This document shows positions 27,600 through 37,027 of a DNA stretch of 64,000 nucleotides, piece after piece; position 1 is the stretch's first letter, and each line of letters begins with the position of its first letter. The notes below the pieces were generated by a model. It was not told the DNA's origin. It did no database searches and saw nothing but the letters and a program-made list of their open reading frames with translations. The stretch is from Candidatus Poribacteria bacterium (lineage in GTDB: Bacteria; Poribacteria; WGA-4E; GCA-2687025): positions 1,760,001 to 1,824,000 of the forward strand of contig OY762492.1 in assembly GCA_963665845.2 (NCBI GenBank), given 5' to 3'. The position numbers were made by a program, and so were the translations under genes.

Positions 27600-28688
27600 A
27601 TGGGCATACAAAATCCGTTGAAGGTTGCCGTCGTCGGATGCGGCAGCATTTCAAACCCGTACGGCGCCAGCCTCTCAACGCGCCCGGACAAGATCGAAAT
27701 CGTCGGCTGCTGCGACATCGACCTGCTGCGCGCCGACGCCTGGGCGGACCAATACGGCGGAAAAGCGTACGGATCGCTGGACGCGCTGCTGGCGGAACCA
27801 GCCGTTGAAGCGGTCGTCAACCTGACGATTCACCATGCGCATGCGGAGGTGAACCAAGCCGCCCTGCGCGCCGGCAAGCATGTCCATTGCGAAAAACCGC
27901 TCGCGACCAACTTAGAAGATGGCGCCGCGACGGTCGCGCTCGCCGAAGCGCGCGGCTTGCGGCTCAGCGCCTCGCCCTTCACCTTCCTCGGCGAAGCGCA
28001 GCAAACCTTCTTCAAGGCGCTGCGCGAGGGGCAGATCGGACAGCCGCGCGTCGTCTATTCCGCCATGAACTGGGGGCGAATCGAGAGCTGGCACCCGAAC
28101 GCGGCGCCGTTCTATTCGCGCGGCGTCGGTCCGATGCTGGATGTCGGAGTTTATGCGTTGACCGTGTTGACAACCGCGTTCGGGCGGGTCAAGCGCGTCT
28201 ACGGATTCGGCGGCGTCTGTCAACCGAAACGGGTTCAACGGGGCGGACCCAACGCAGGGAGCGAATTCTATGTCGAAACGCCCGACCTGATTGCCGCGGG
28301 GCTAGAGTTTGAAAGCGGCGTTCTGGGACGCGTCACCGCTTCGTTTCTGGTTGGAAATGCCAAAGACGGCTCAGGAACCGAAGTACACGGCGACGACGGC
28401 GCGCTCTGGATCGGCTCCAACCATGACTTCAACTGCCCCATCGAAATACAGCGGGGCGGACGCTGGGAGCCGCTTGAGTATGTCGCCGAGCCGTTCGGCG
28501 GCGTCGAATGGGGGCGCGCCATGTTCGACCTGTCCGATTCGCTCCATCAAGGGACGCCGCAGCGCGCGACGGGGCGGCAGGCGCTGCATGTCCTGGACAT
28601 CTGCCTCTCCTCTATCGAGTCGGCGCGGCTTGGACATGCGCTCAACACAACGACAACCTTTGAGCCGCCCGCGCCGTATTACGATTGA
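27600..28688 (+). CDS. Gfo/Idh/MocA family NAD(P)-dependent oxidoreductase
   Basis: VAVVGCGSIS, AGKHVHCEKPLA, GPMLDVGVY. Confidence 0.92.
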   Translation: MGIQNPLKVAVVGCGSISNPYGASLSTRPDKIEIVGCCDIDLLRADAWADQYGGKAYGSLDALLAEPAVEAVVNLTIHHAHAEVNQAALRAGKHVHCEKPLATNLEDGAATVALAEARGLRLSASPFTFLGEAQQTFFKALREGQIGQPRVVYSAMNWGRIESWHPNAAPFYSRGVGPMLDVGVYALTVLTTAFGRVKRVYGFGGVCQPKRVQRGGPNAGSEFYVETPDLIAAGLEFESGVLGRVTASFLVGNAKDGSGTEVHGDDGALWIGSNHDFNCPIEIQRGGRWEPLEYVAEPFGGVEWGRAMFDLSDSLHQGTPQRATGRQALHVLDICLSSIESARLGHALNTTTTFEPPAPYYD

Positions 28689-29446
28689 CCGCTTCGTTTG
28701 CGCTGCCGGACATACTCATAAAAAAGAATGCCGGCGGCGACCGAAGCGTTCAGCGACTCCACCTGCCCCAGCATCGGTATGTACACGAGCGTATCGCACC
28801 GTTCGGCGGTCAGGCGCGCCAGTCCGCTGCCCTCATGTCCGATGACGAACGCCGTTTTGGGCGGATACTCAAATTCGTCGTACGGCTCGGCGCGGTCCTC
28901 GTTCGGTCCGGCGGCTCCGACGACCCATAAGCCCGCTTTTTGAAGCCGCCGTATGGCGTCGGCGATGTTAACCGCGAAGGCGACAGGTACGCTCTCCGTT
29001 GCGCCCGCGGAGGCTTTGACGACGGTCGGCGTCATCCCCGCCGCTCGGCGCGTCGGGACGACCGCTCCGCAGACGCCGGCGCCGTCCGCCGACCGCAGCA
29101 CGGCTCCCAGGTTGCGCGGGTCTTGGAGATGGTCCAACACGGCGACAAGAGCCGAATCGGAACGCGCCGCCGTTTCAAGCAGGGCTGAAAAATCGTCTGA
29201 ACGCAGCTTTTCGGCAAGCGCCGCCGCCCCTTGATGATTCTCGCCCCCGGCGAGGCGGTCCAGCTCTCCCGTCTCAACAAACCGCGTTGGAACGCCCCGC
29301 CGCTTTGCAAGTTCCAGTATCTGCCGCGCGGCGGACGGCTCCATGCCTCTCCGCAGCAGAACGGCATGGATGCGCCGCCGGTTTGCTTTCAGCGCCTCCA
29401 TGACGGGTCGGCGTCCGATCACCGCCGCTTGACGTTCGCCGCTCAT
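28679..29446 (-). CDS. rlmB: 23S rRNA (Gm2251) 2'-O-methyltransferase, TrmH/SpoU family
   Basis: GRRPVMEAL, NHQG, LDHLQDPRNLGAVLRSA, KASAGA, IGHEGSG, ESLNASVA. Confidence 0.9.
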   Translation of the reverse strand: MSGERQAAVIGRRPVMEALKANRRRIHAVLLRRGMEPSAARQILELAKRRGVPTRFVETGELDRLAGGENHQGAAALAEKLRSDDFSALLETAARSDSALVAVLDHLQDPRNLGAVLRSADGAGVCGAVVPTRRAAGMTPTVVKASAGATESVPVAFAVNIADAIRRLQKAGLWVVGAAGPNEDRAEPYDEFEYPPKTAFVIGHEGSGLARLTAERCDTLVYIPMLGQVESLNASVAAGILFYEYVRQRKRSGQS

Positions 29447-30363
29447 TCAGGCGCCTCAACGGTTCGAAACGATCCCATCCCGAAAATGCCCGGCGCCGCA
29501 AACGGAAGCCAGCCGACCTCTTCAAGATAACGCTCCGCCAGCTCCGTCATACTCACATTTTCAACCGTTTCAAACCCCTGCCGCGCCATCAGCGCGTCCA
29601 TTTTTTCAAAGGAATAGTCGCTCACCATCGGCTCCCCCATGCCCGCGGTCAGCGCCTTCAGCTTCTCGCGCATCGGGAGATGTTCAGCCTTCGAGCCGCT
29701 TCGGTCAAGCATGTAATCCAGCAGCAGATACGATCCCGCCCCCATGCGCTCCGCAATCGACCGCGCCGTGTTCGCCAGATCCTCCTCGGCGATGTAGTAG
29801 GAAACGCCCAGAAGCGTCAAAAAAGCGGGCTGCGAAGGGTCAAACGCCGAGTCGTTCACCGCTTCCATAACGGTCGTCTGGGACAGGTCCGCCGGCAAAA
29901 AATGCAGCCGCTCCGGCGCGTCCAGTTTCGCCTGTTGAATGCGCCGCAGTTTCACCTCCTGCGTCTTTGGATGGTCAATCTCAAAAACATCGATTCGTTT
30001 CATCATCTCTTTGTTTCTAAAGGCGAACGAATCCATGCCCGCGCCGATGATCGCATACTGCCGAACGCCGTTCTGGACCGCCTCTTCCAGCGCCTGCTCC
30101 GCATACCGCGCCCGCATCAAAACGCACATGGAAACAGGCTGTATCGGTTTCATGACGACGTCGTCCATCAACCATCCAAGCGGCTTCCATTTCAATGCGC
30201 GCTGCCAGAGCGGACCGCACAGCTCCTTCGCAATCGGGTCGTCTATGAGGCGCGCCTCATGCCGCTGGTGCCGCGCGCGGACGGCGGCGGTCGTGTCGGC
30301 GGTCGACGTGTCGCTGTTTCGAAGGATGCGTCGAATCAGTTTCAGCAGCATTCGCCGCTCCAA
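29443..30363 (-). CDS. SAM-dependent methyltransferase, leucine carboxyl methyltransferase (LCM)-like
   Basis: QYAIIGAGMDSFAFR, FEIDHP, LLGVSYY. Start could be the ATG at 30351. Confidence 0.88.
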   Translation of the reverse strand: MERRMLLKLIRRILRNSDTSTADTTAAVRARHQRHEARLIDDPIAKELCGPLWQRALKWKPLGWLMDDVVMKPIQPVSMCVLMRARYAEQALEEAVQNGVRQYAIIGAGMDSFAFRNKEMMKRIDVFEIDHPKTQEVKLRRIQQAKLDAPERLHFLPADLSQTTVMEAVNDSAFDPSQPAFLTLLGVSYYIAEEDLANTARSIAERMGAGSYLLLDYMLDRSGSKAEHLPMREKLKALTAGMGEPMVSDYSFEKMDALMARQGFETVENVSMTELAERYLEEVGWLPFAAPGIFGMGSFRTVEAPE

Positions 30364-30589
30364 TGCGGAGAGATCCGGTACTCTGCCCTCTTCCTAACGA
30401 ACGCGCTAAACATAGCAAAAAACAGAGCGGCCGGCAACTACAAAAACCTGACGGCAGTACGCTGACGCCGTCATTTACGCCTTTGATAAAACGGGCGGGA
30501 ATCTTTGCCGCTGTCTGAACGTGGAAATGACGATAGACACGCGGCGGCGGGCGCGGTATGATGCGTCGTGAATAGGAAGGGAGCGTCCG

Positions 30590-31330
30590 ATGTCTTTAAA
30601 CGCTGATCAGTTGGAGTTTTATCAAAAGAACGGGTATCTGGCGGTGGAGAACGCAGTCTCGGAGAGCCGTGTTCAGGCGATGCGCGACCGCATTGAGCAG
30701 CTGTGCGCCGACTGGCAGAGCGATCAGGCGCGGCGCGTTGGGGCGCAGCAGGAGGCGGCCATCGCCGGCGCCTTGACGCAGGACCGAAACGCCGTCTCGG
30801 TGCGCAAGTTTTCAGACCTGGCGCCGTATGAGCCGATTTTTGCGGAGCATGCCGCCGATTCAAGCCTGCTGGACATGGTCGAGTCTCTCATCGGCGCGCC
30901 GATTTTGCTGTATGCTGATCAGGCGCTGCTGAAGCCGCCGCGCGTCGGCTCGGAGAAGATGCCGCATCAGGACAACGCCTATTTTAAGGTGGACCCGGCG
31001 GACGCAGTCGTAACCTGCTGGTGCGCGCTGGACGACGCCTATCTCGAAAACGGCTGCATGCATTATCTGGCAGGCTCCCATCTGTCGGGGCTGGTTGACC
31101 ATACAGCTGTGAAGGGAACGCCGCACCTCGTTCCAGACCAGTTTGATCCAGAGAAGGCGGCGGCGGTTCCCATCCAAGCGGGCGGCGTCATTTTTCATCA
31201 CAGCCAGACGCTGCACTACTCGCCTGTCAACAAGACGGACGACTGGCGGCGGGCGTTTGTGTGCCACTTTGTGCAGGCGGACGCCGAGACGCCGCATGTG
31301 AACGCGGAGAAGCTAACGCGCCTGCGCTGA
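30590..31330 (+). CDS. PhyH family Fe(II)/2-oxoglutarate dioxygenase
   Basis: FYQKNGYL, PHQDNAY, WCALDDAYLENGCMHYLAGSH, FHHSQTLH. Confidence 0.92.
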   Translation: MSLNADQLEFYQKNGYLAVENAVSESRVQAMRDRIEQLCADWQSDQARRVGAQQEAAIAGALTQDRNAVSVRKFSDLAPYEPIFAEHAADSSLLDMVESLIGAPILLYADQALLKPPRVGSEKMPHQDNAYFKVDPADAVVTCWCALDDAYLENGCMHYLAGSHLSGLVDHTAVKGTPHLVPDQFDPEKAAAVPIQAGGVIFHHSQTLHYSPVNKTDDWRRAFVCHFVQADAETPHVNAEKLTRLR

Positions 31331-31337
31331 CGCGCGG

Positions 31338-31719
31338 AAACCCCCCCTAGCCCCCCTTTTCAAGGGGGAATCGGAGGCGCGCCCTTTCCAAGGGGGGAAT
31401 CGGAGGCGCCGATGGCTGTCATTCCCGCGTAAGCGGGAATCTTAAGGCATCGCAACCGGCGCGCCCGCCTCTAAACCCCCCTAGCCCCCCTTTTCAAGGG
31501 GGGAATCAGAGGCGCGCCCCTTTTCAAGGGGGGAATCGGAGGCGCCGCCTGTCGCTGTCATTCCCGCCCTTGCGGTAAAACGTGCGGGAATCTTAAGGCG
31601 TCGCAACCGCCGCGCGCGTTCTTTAAACCCCCCTAACCCCCTTTTCAAGGGGGGAATCGGAGGCGCCCCTTTTCAAGGCGGGAATCGGAGGCGCGCCCCT
31701 TTTCAAGGGGGAATCGAAT
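31338..31719. repeat. Large mosaic cluster: about 7 CCCCTTTTCAAGGGGGAATCGGAGGCGC units + two dRS3-like hairpins
   Basis: Direct reading; hairpins at 31421-31440 and about 31560-31591; lies between convergent PhyH and purC. Confidence 0.85.
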
Positions 31720-32595
31720 TTAGCCGACAAGCAGCCTATACGCCTCCTGATACCGTTGGCTCGTTCCGTCGATGACGCGGGCGGGCAGTTCCGGCGCGGG
31801 GGGCGTCTTGTCCCAGTCGAGCGTGTCGAGGTAGTCGCGCAGAGGCTGCTTGTCGAAACTGCGCTGCGTCCGCCCCGGCTCAAATTCATCCATCGGCCAA
31901 AAGCGGGAGGAATCGGGCGTCAGAACCTCGTCGATGAGAATGATTTCGCCGTCAACGGTTCCAAACTCAAACTTCGTGTCGGCGATGATGATCCCGCGCT
32001 CCGAGGCGTATTCCGCCGCGCTTTCGTACAGCTGAACGCTGATCTGTTCAAGCTGATCGGCAAGCTTTTGACTTGTCAGCTTCACCATCTCCGCTTTGGA
32101 GATGTTGATGTCATGCCCCTCATCCTCTTTGGTGGCGGGGGTGAAGATCGGCGTCTCCAGCCGCTGCGATTCCAGCAAGCCCTTCGGCATCTCCTCGCCG
32201 CAGACGGTTCCGCTTTGGCGGTATTCGCGCCACGCCGAACCGCTGATGTAGCCGCGCACGACGCACTCAATGTCGATCCGCTCCGCCTTTTGAACGCGCA
32301 TGACGCGCCCTTCCAGCTGATCGCTGTACGCCTGAACGGCGGGCGGCATCTCCTCTATGTCGGCGGTGAGAAGATGATTCGGGACGATCCCGCCCGTATG
32401 CTCAAACCAGAAGAGCGAGATGGCGGTGAGCGTCTGTCCCTTGCGCGGCACCGGGTTCGGCATGACGACGTCGTAGGCGGAAATGCGGTCGGTCGCCGCC
32501 ATGAGCAGCGAGTCGCCCAGGTCGTACATATCGCGCACCTTGCCGCGCCGCCACAGGTTCAGGTCGGGGCAGTTTGTTTCTAGCAGGTCAGGCAT
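31720..32595 (-). CDS. purC: Phosphoribosylaminoimidazolesuccinocarboxamide (SAICAR) synthase
   Basis: RGKVRDMY, TDRISAYD, ECVVRGYISGS, IIADTKFEFG, DEVLTPDSSRFW, SFDKQ. Confidence 0.97.
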   Translation of the reverse strand: MPDLLETNCPDLNLWRRGKVRDMYDLGDSLLMAATDRISAYDVVMPNPVPRKGQTLTAISLFWFEHTGGIVPNHLLTADIEEMPPAVQAYSDQLEGRVMRVQKAERIDIECVVRGYISGSAWREYRQSGTVCGEEMPKGLLESQRLETPIFTPATKEDEGHDINISKAEMVKLTSQKLADQLEQISVQLYESAAEYASERGIIIADTKFEFGTVDGEIILIDEVLTPDSSRFWPMDEFEPGRTQRSFDKQPLRDYLDTLDWDKTPPAPELPARVIDGTSQRYQEAYRLLVG

Positions 32596-32668
32596 GGCTC
32601 ACTCCTTTGCATCGTATGTGCGGGTCGGTCTCTTGTCTTAACGATAGCGCGGCGCCCGGCGTTCCGTC

Positions 32669-32697
32669 TTGACAAATCCGGCCGTTTCGGCGATAAC
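32669..32697 (+). promoter_or_regulatory. Putative sigma-70 promoter for the enolase-superfamily gene
   Basis: TTGACA-17 nt-GATAAC. Confidence 0.45.
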
Positions 32698-32782
32698 GTC
32701 TCTGCGCCGTTCAATTTAGCAGGGGGCGGTACGCTCAACAGGGATATTCGCGGCGATGGCGTTTGATCGGGAGATGCGCCTA

Positions 32783-32812
32783 TTAAGATTCCCGCTTACG
32801 CGGGAATGACGA
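32783..32812. repeat. Solo dRS3-like hairpin in a putative 5' UTR
   Basis: ATTCCC-GCTTACGC-GGGAAT at 32788-32807. Confidence 0.75.
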
Positions 32813-32885
32813 CCCCGAAAGCGGACGCATTCGGTTTAAAAAATAAAATCTCCGTATCAGCGTACCGCCTAGCAGGGAGGTCGGC

Positions 32886-34013
32886 ATGGATTCAACCATT
32901 GTCTCGGTGAAACGGATCGTCTTGCAGGGTAAACGTCCGCGCGTCATCGGACGCAACGCGCGGCTGGATGTTCATGGTCAATACGCGCGCGATCCGATCG
33001 TCATGCTGGAAACCGATTCCGGTTTAAAAGGCTGGGGCTGGTCGCGCGCGTCTCAACAGGACGCGGAGCGCCTAATCGGAAAACGGGTCGGCGATCTGTT
33101 CAACCCAGAAAAAGGAACCGCGGACGAATATCTCATGTTCGACTTCCCGCTTTGGGATCTGGCGGGGCAGGCGCTCAACAAGCCTGTTTATGAGATGCTG
33201 GGCGGCGGCGGGGAGAATCCGGTCCCGGTGTACGACGGCTCCATCTACATCGACGAGATCGATCCTGAAACGGGCGCGGACGCGGGACTTCAGCCGATGC
33301 TGGACGCCGTTCAAGCCGGCTGGGACGCCGATCACCGCGCCTTCAAATTGAAGATCGGGCGCGGCAATAAATGGATGGAGAAACGGGCAGGCTTGAAACG
33401 CGACATCGACGTCATACGCGCCGTGCGTGAACAGATCGGACCCGACGCGCGCCTCATGGTGGACGCGAACAACGGGTATGAGCCGTCCGAAGCGCGGGAG
33501 GTCATGGTTCAGGCGGGCGACTGCGCCATCTACTGGTTTGAGGAGCCGTTCCCGGAGGATATTGAGAAAACGGCGGCGCTGCGGCGGTTCATACAGGAAG
33601 GCGGATGGGACACGCTCGTGGCGGACGGCGAAGGTTCAGAGCGGCGGGACGCGGAGTTCACCGAGATTGTGCGCGCGAGGGGCGTCGATATTGTCCAGTT
33701 CGACCTGCGCGCCTACACCTTGACGAAATGGCTGCGTTTTTGGCATGTCTTGGAGGAGGCGGACGCGCTTTACGCCCCTCACAACTGGGGTTCGCATCTG
33801 TCCGGTTTTTACATTCCGCAGATGGCGCGCGGTTTGCCCCGCTTTGCGATGGGAGAAACGGACATCATGACGATGGAGGGGGTTTGCGCAGAAGGCTACT
33901 CCTTGACGGAGGGTTATCGGAACGTTCCGGACGCTCCTGGCTTCGGTCTGACGCTGGATCCTGAGGTTGCCGAACGCGCGCTTCAGGCGGAGGATTCGTG
34001 GGTTGCGGAATGA
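32886..34013 (+). CDS. Mandelate racemase/muconate lactonizing enzyme family (enolase superfamily)
   Basis: LWDLAGQALNKPVY, FKLKIG (KxK), MVDAN, WFEEP, DGE, PHNWG, PDAPGFG. Confidence 0.9.
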   Translation: MDSTIVSVKRIVLQGKRPRVIGRNARLDVHGQYARDPIVMLETDSGLKGWGWSRASQQDAERLIGKRVGDLFNPEKGTADEYLMFDFPLWDLAGQALNKPVYEMLGGGGENPVPVYDGSIYIDEIDPETGADAGLQPMLDAVQAGWDADHRAFKLKIGRGNKWMEKRAGLKRDIDVIRAVREQIGPDARLMVDANNGYEPSEAREVMVQAGDCAIYWFEEPFPEDIEKTAALRRFIQEGGWDTLVADGEGSERRDAEFTEIVRARGVDIVQFDLRAYTLTKWLRFWHVLEEADALYAPHNWGSHLSGFYIPQMARGLPRFAMGETDIMTMEGVCAEGYSLTEGYRNVPDAPGFGLTLDPEVAERALQAEDSWVAE

Positions 34014-34758
34014 CGCCGGACGCCTCTTGGAAAGTCTGCGCGCCGGCGGAACGGATGAAAGCGGCGTCGCTCCCAACGCCGACCATCAAAAAGCCCTGCT
34101 CAATGCGGCGGCGGGCGTCTTCGGCGTTTTGGGTCAAGATGCCCATCGGCATGTCCGCTTCGTTCGCTTTGGCGAGCGCCTCCGCAATCGCTTCGTCAAC
34201 AAGCGGATCGCCTGGACGGACGCCCATCGACCATGAAAGGTCGTTCGGACCGATGAAACCCGCCGTAACGCCAGGCGCTTTCAGTATTTTTGAGGCGCGT
34301 TGAACCGCATGGGCATGTTCAATCTGAACGATGACGGCGATTTCCTCATTCGCTTTCTCGACATAATCGGCTCCGTACACGGTCGCGCGGACGCCTGCCG
34401 CGATGGAGCGTTTGCCTTGCGGCGCGTATCGACAGGCGGCTGCCGCCGCTTCCGCCTCATGCTCGTCCATGACCATCGGGACGACGACGCCGAGCGCGCC
34501 CGTGTCCAGCGCCTGCTTGATGAGGCTGGGATTGTTCTCGCGGACGCGCGCCATCGGCGTGACGGGAGAGGCGGTCATCGCTTGAAAGCAGGAGAGAACC
34601 GTCTCAATGCTGACCGGCGTATGCTCCGTGTCAACGACGAGCCAATCCCACCCCTGCAGCGACATATACTCGGCGATGAGCGGCGAGCCGAGGCTGAGCC
34701 AGCTGCCGACGGCGGGCGTTTTCTGTTTCAGTTTACGGAGCGTTCCGTTGAGCCTCAT
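33865..34758 (-). CDS. HpcH/HpaI aldolase (2-keto-3-deoxy sugar acid aldolase family), with C-terminal read-through into the neighbour
   Basis: DWLVVDTEH, ALDTGALGVVVPMV, RYAPQGKRS, QIEH, FIGPNDLS. Start set at MRLNG (34758). Confidence 0.88.
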   Translation of the reverse strand: MRLNGTLRKLKQKTPAVGSWLSLGSPLIAEYMSLQGWDWLVVDTEHTPVSIETVLSCFQAMTASPVTPMARVRENNPSLIKQALDTGALGVVVPMVMDEHEAEAAAAACRYAPQGKRSIAAGVRATVYGADYVEKANEEIAVIVQIEHAHAVQRASKILKAPGVTAGFIGPNDLSWSMGVRPGDPLVDEAIAEALAKANEADMPMGILTQNAEDARRRIEQGFLMVGVGSDAAFIRSAGAQTFQEASGVIPQPTNPPPEARVRQPQDPASDRSQERPERSDNPPSRSSLLRKPPPSS

Positions 34759-34791
34759 CGGTTGCGCCTTTCCTGTTGTTGGGAATGATAC

Positions 34792-35598
34792 ATGAAGAAA
34801 CGCCTCGATGTACTGCTTGTTGAACGCGGTTTGTCGCCGTCCAGGGAGCGGGCGCGCCGGCGCATCTTGGCGGGCGAGGCGCGCGTGAACGGACAGACCG
34901 CCTCCAAGGCAGGCTTTTTGACGCCGGTCGATGCGCAAATAGAGCTGGTCGGGCGCGGCTTGCCGTACGTGAGCCGCGGAGGACTCAAGCTGGAACGCGC
35001 GCTGGATGTCTTCTCGGCCGACCCGAAAGGCAAGACGGTTCTGGACGCGGGCGCCTCAACAGGCGGCTTCACCGACTGCCTGCTGCAGCGCGGCGCGGCG
35101 TATGTGTACGCGCTGGATGTTGGATACGGACAGCTCGCGTGGAAACTGCGGAACGACCCGCGCGTTTGTCCGATGGAGCGGGTGAATGTGCGATATGCGC
35201 CGCGCGAAATGTTTGAACGCCCGCTGCAGATGGCGACAGCGGATCTGGCGTTCATCGGGTTGACGGCGGTGCTGCCTGTTTTTGCGGAGCTGCTGCCGGT
35301 CGGGGCGGATCTGATCGCGCTGGTGAAGCCGCAGTTTGAGGCGGGCAGGCGCGAGGTGGAGAAGGGGGGCGTCGTTCGGCGGAAGGAGACGCATCTGTCG
35401 GCGCTTCAACGCGCGGCGGCGCGCGGCGCGGACTGCGCCTTGGAGCCGGTCGCGTCGATCCATTCTCCCATCAAAGGTCCGGCGGGCAACATCGAATTCT
35501 TCATCCATTTTATTCGCCGAGAACGCCCCGCCGAATCTGCCCTGCCGCTTGCCGAGACGGTGGAGGAAGCGCACCGCGACCTAAACGCGCGGAAATGA
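34792..35598 (+). CDS. tlyA: TlyA family rRNA 2'-O-methyltransferase
   Basis: KRLDVLLVERG (S4 domain), YVSRGGLKL, LDAGASTGGFTDCLLQ, LVKPQFE, SPIKGPAGNIEF. Confidence 0.95.
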   Translation: MKKRLDVLLVERGLSPSRERARRRILAGEARVNGQTASKAGFLTPVDAQIELVGRGLPYVSRGGLKLERALDVFSADPKGKTVLDAGASTGGFTDCLLQRGAAYVYALDVGYGQLAWKLRNDPRVCPMERVNVRYAPREMFERPLQMATADLAFIGLTAVLPVFAELLPVGADLIALVKPQFEAGRREVEKGGVVRRKETHLSALQRAAARGADCALEPVASIHSPIKGPAGNIEFFIHFIRRERPAESALPLAETVEEAHRDLNARK

Positions 35599-35616
35599 AG
35601 ATGAAGGCGCGGATCG

Positions 35617-35885
35617 TTCCCCCTTGAAAAGGGGCTGGGGGTTTCCGCGGGCGCGGCGGCTGCGATGCCTTAAGATTCCCGCTTGCGCGGGAATGACGGC
35701 GGGTAGGGCGCGGATTCTAGACTCCCCCCTTGAAAAGGGGGGGTTTTCCGCGGGCGCGGCGGCTGCAATGCTTTAAGATTCCCGCTTGCGCGGGAATGAC
35801 GGCGGGTAGGGCGCGGGTTCTAGACTCCCCCCTTAAAAGGGGCTGGGGGGTTTTCCGCGGGCGCGGACGCTTTAGGGTTAAAATG
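35617..35885. repeat. ~103-bp unit tandem (about 2.5 copies) of poly-C/G hairpin + dRS3-like hairpin
   Basis: Hairpins at 35675-35694 and 35778-35797 with matching flanks. Confidence 0.85.
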
Positions 35886-35962
35886 AGAATTCCGTTTAAG
35901 CATACTGCCTCGATCCGCCAACGATTGCGCGGAGCGGCGCGTTCGTATAAGATGAACCCCAA

Positions 35963-37027
35963 ATGAGCTTCTATGAGGAATCCGCCATGAACGCGACCTA
36001 TCGCGAGCTGCGCGTCTCCAACGACGCCCTGAACGACCCGCCCGAACTTCGGCGGCGCATGGACGCCGAGGGGTATCTTTTCTTCAAACGGCTCCATAAC
36101 GTCGACCAGCTGCGCGAGCTGCGCCTGCAGATGATGACGCGCATTCAAAACGGGGGCTGGCTCCTGCCCGACACCGACCCCATGGACGGGATCGCCGATC
36201 CATCGAAGGCATGCACCGAAGGCGACATGAATTATACGGACGTCTACCATGAGGTGTATCAGCTGGAGGCGTTTCACCGCGCGGCGCACTGGCCGGAGAT
36301 CATGGATGTGATCGAGAAGATCATCGGCGGGCAAGCGCTGCCGCATCCGCAGAAGGTGGCGCGGCTTTGGTTTCCGCAATTCACCCAGCACACGACCCCC
36401 GCCCACCAAGATTTTGTCCATTTTCAGGGCAATTTTGAAACGTACACCGCATGGTCGCCGGTCGGCGACTGCCCGATTGAGCTGGGCGGACTTGCCGTTC
36501 TGCCGGGGTCGCATAAGGCGGGGCGCGTTTTGAATCACCGCTTCTCGCTTGGCGCGGGACAGCTGAAATTGACCGGCGACGATGAAACAGGCGACTGGAC
36601 GACGACCGATTATGAGATCGGCGACGCGCTCATCTTTCCCGCGCTCACGGTGCATCGCGCGCTGCCGAATTTAACGGAAGACCAGCTGCGGCTCTCGCTG
36701 GACAATCGATACCAAGCGAAAGAAGCGACCATCTCCGAGCATGTCTTGACGCCGCATCTGGACAGCTACAATCCTCTCACATGGGAGGAGGTGTATGCGG
36801 AGTGGGAATCGGACGAGCTGAAATATTACTGGGAAGGCGCCGGCGCGACCGTGATTCCTAAAGACAACCAGTACGCTCAAAAAGGGTTTGAAGACGCTGT
36901 TGAACTGGCGAAACAGGGGGACGAGGGCGCCCAGCTGCATCTGCGGCGCGCCGTTTTGAAAGACCCGAACTCGGCGGACGGCAAAGCGGCGCGCGCCATC
37001 TTGGAGCAGATCGGGGTCGAGATTTGA
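35963..37027 (+). CDS. PhyH family dioxygenase with C-terminal extension
   Basis: MDAEGYLF, TPAHQD, LAVLPGSH, LTVHRALPN, RLSLDNRYQ. Start may be the ATG at 35987. Confidence 0.9.
   Translation: MSFYEESAMNATYRELRVSNDALNDPPELRRRMDAEGYLFFKRLHNVDQLRELRLQMMTRIQNGGWLLPDTDPMDGIADPSKACTEGDMNYTDVYHEVYQLEAFHRAAHWPEIMDVIEKIIGGQALPHPQKVARLWFPQFTQHTTPAHQDFVHFQGNFETYTAWSPVGDCPIELGGLAVLPGSHKAGRVLNHRFSLGAGQLKLTGDDETGDWTTTDYEIGDALIFPALTVHRALPNLTEDQLRLSLDNRYQAKEATISEHVLTPHLDSYNPLTWEEVYAEWESDELKYYWEGAGATVIPKDNQYAQKGFEDAVELAKQGDEGAQLHLRRAVLKDPNSADGKAARAILEQIGVEI

Noticed and set aside
31338-31719. CRISPR array
   Set aside because: Units are irregular and adjacent without unique constant-length spacers, the same motifs are dispersed across the window, and there are no cas genes.
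32596-32760. ZMP/ZTP or purine riboswitch upstream of purC
   Set aside because: Conserved core motifs are not recognisable.
17600-37027. Fe/2OG halogenases among the PhyH genes
   Set aside because: All three keep HQD; halogenases replace the Asp with Ala or Gly.
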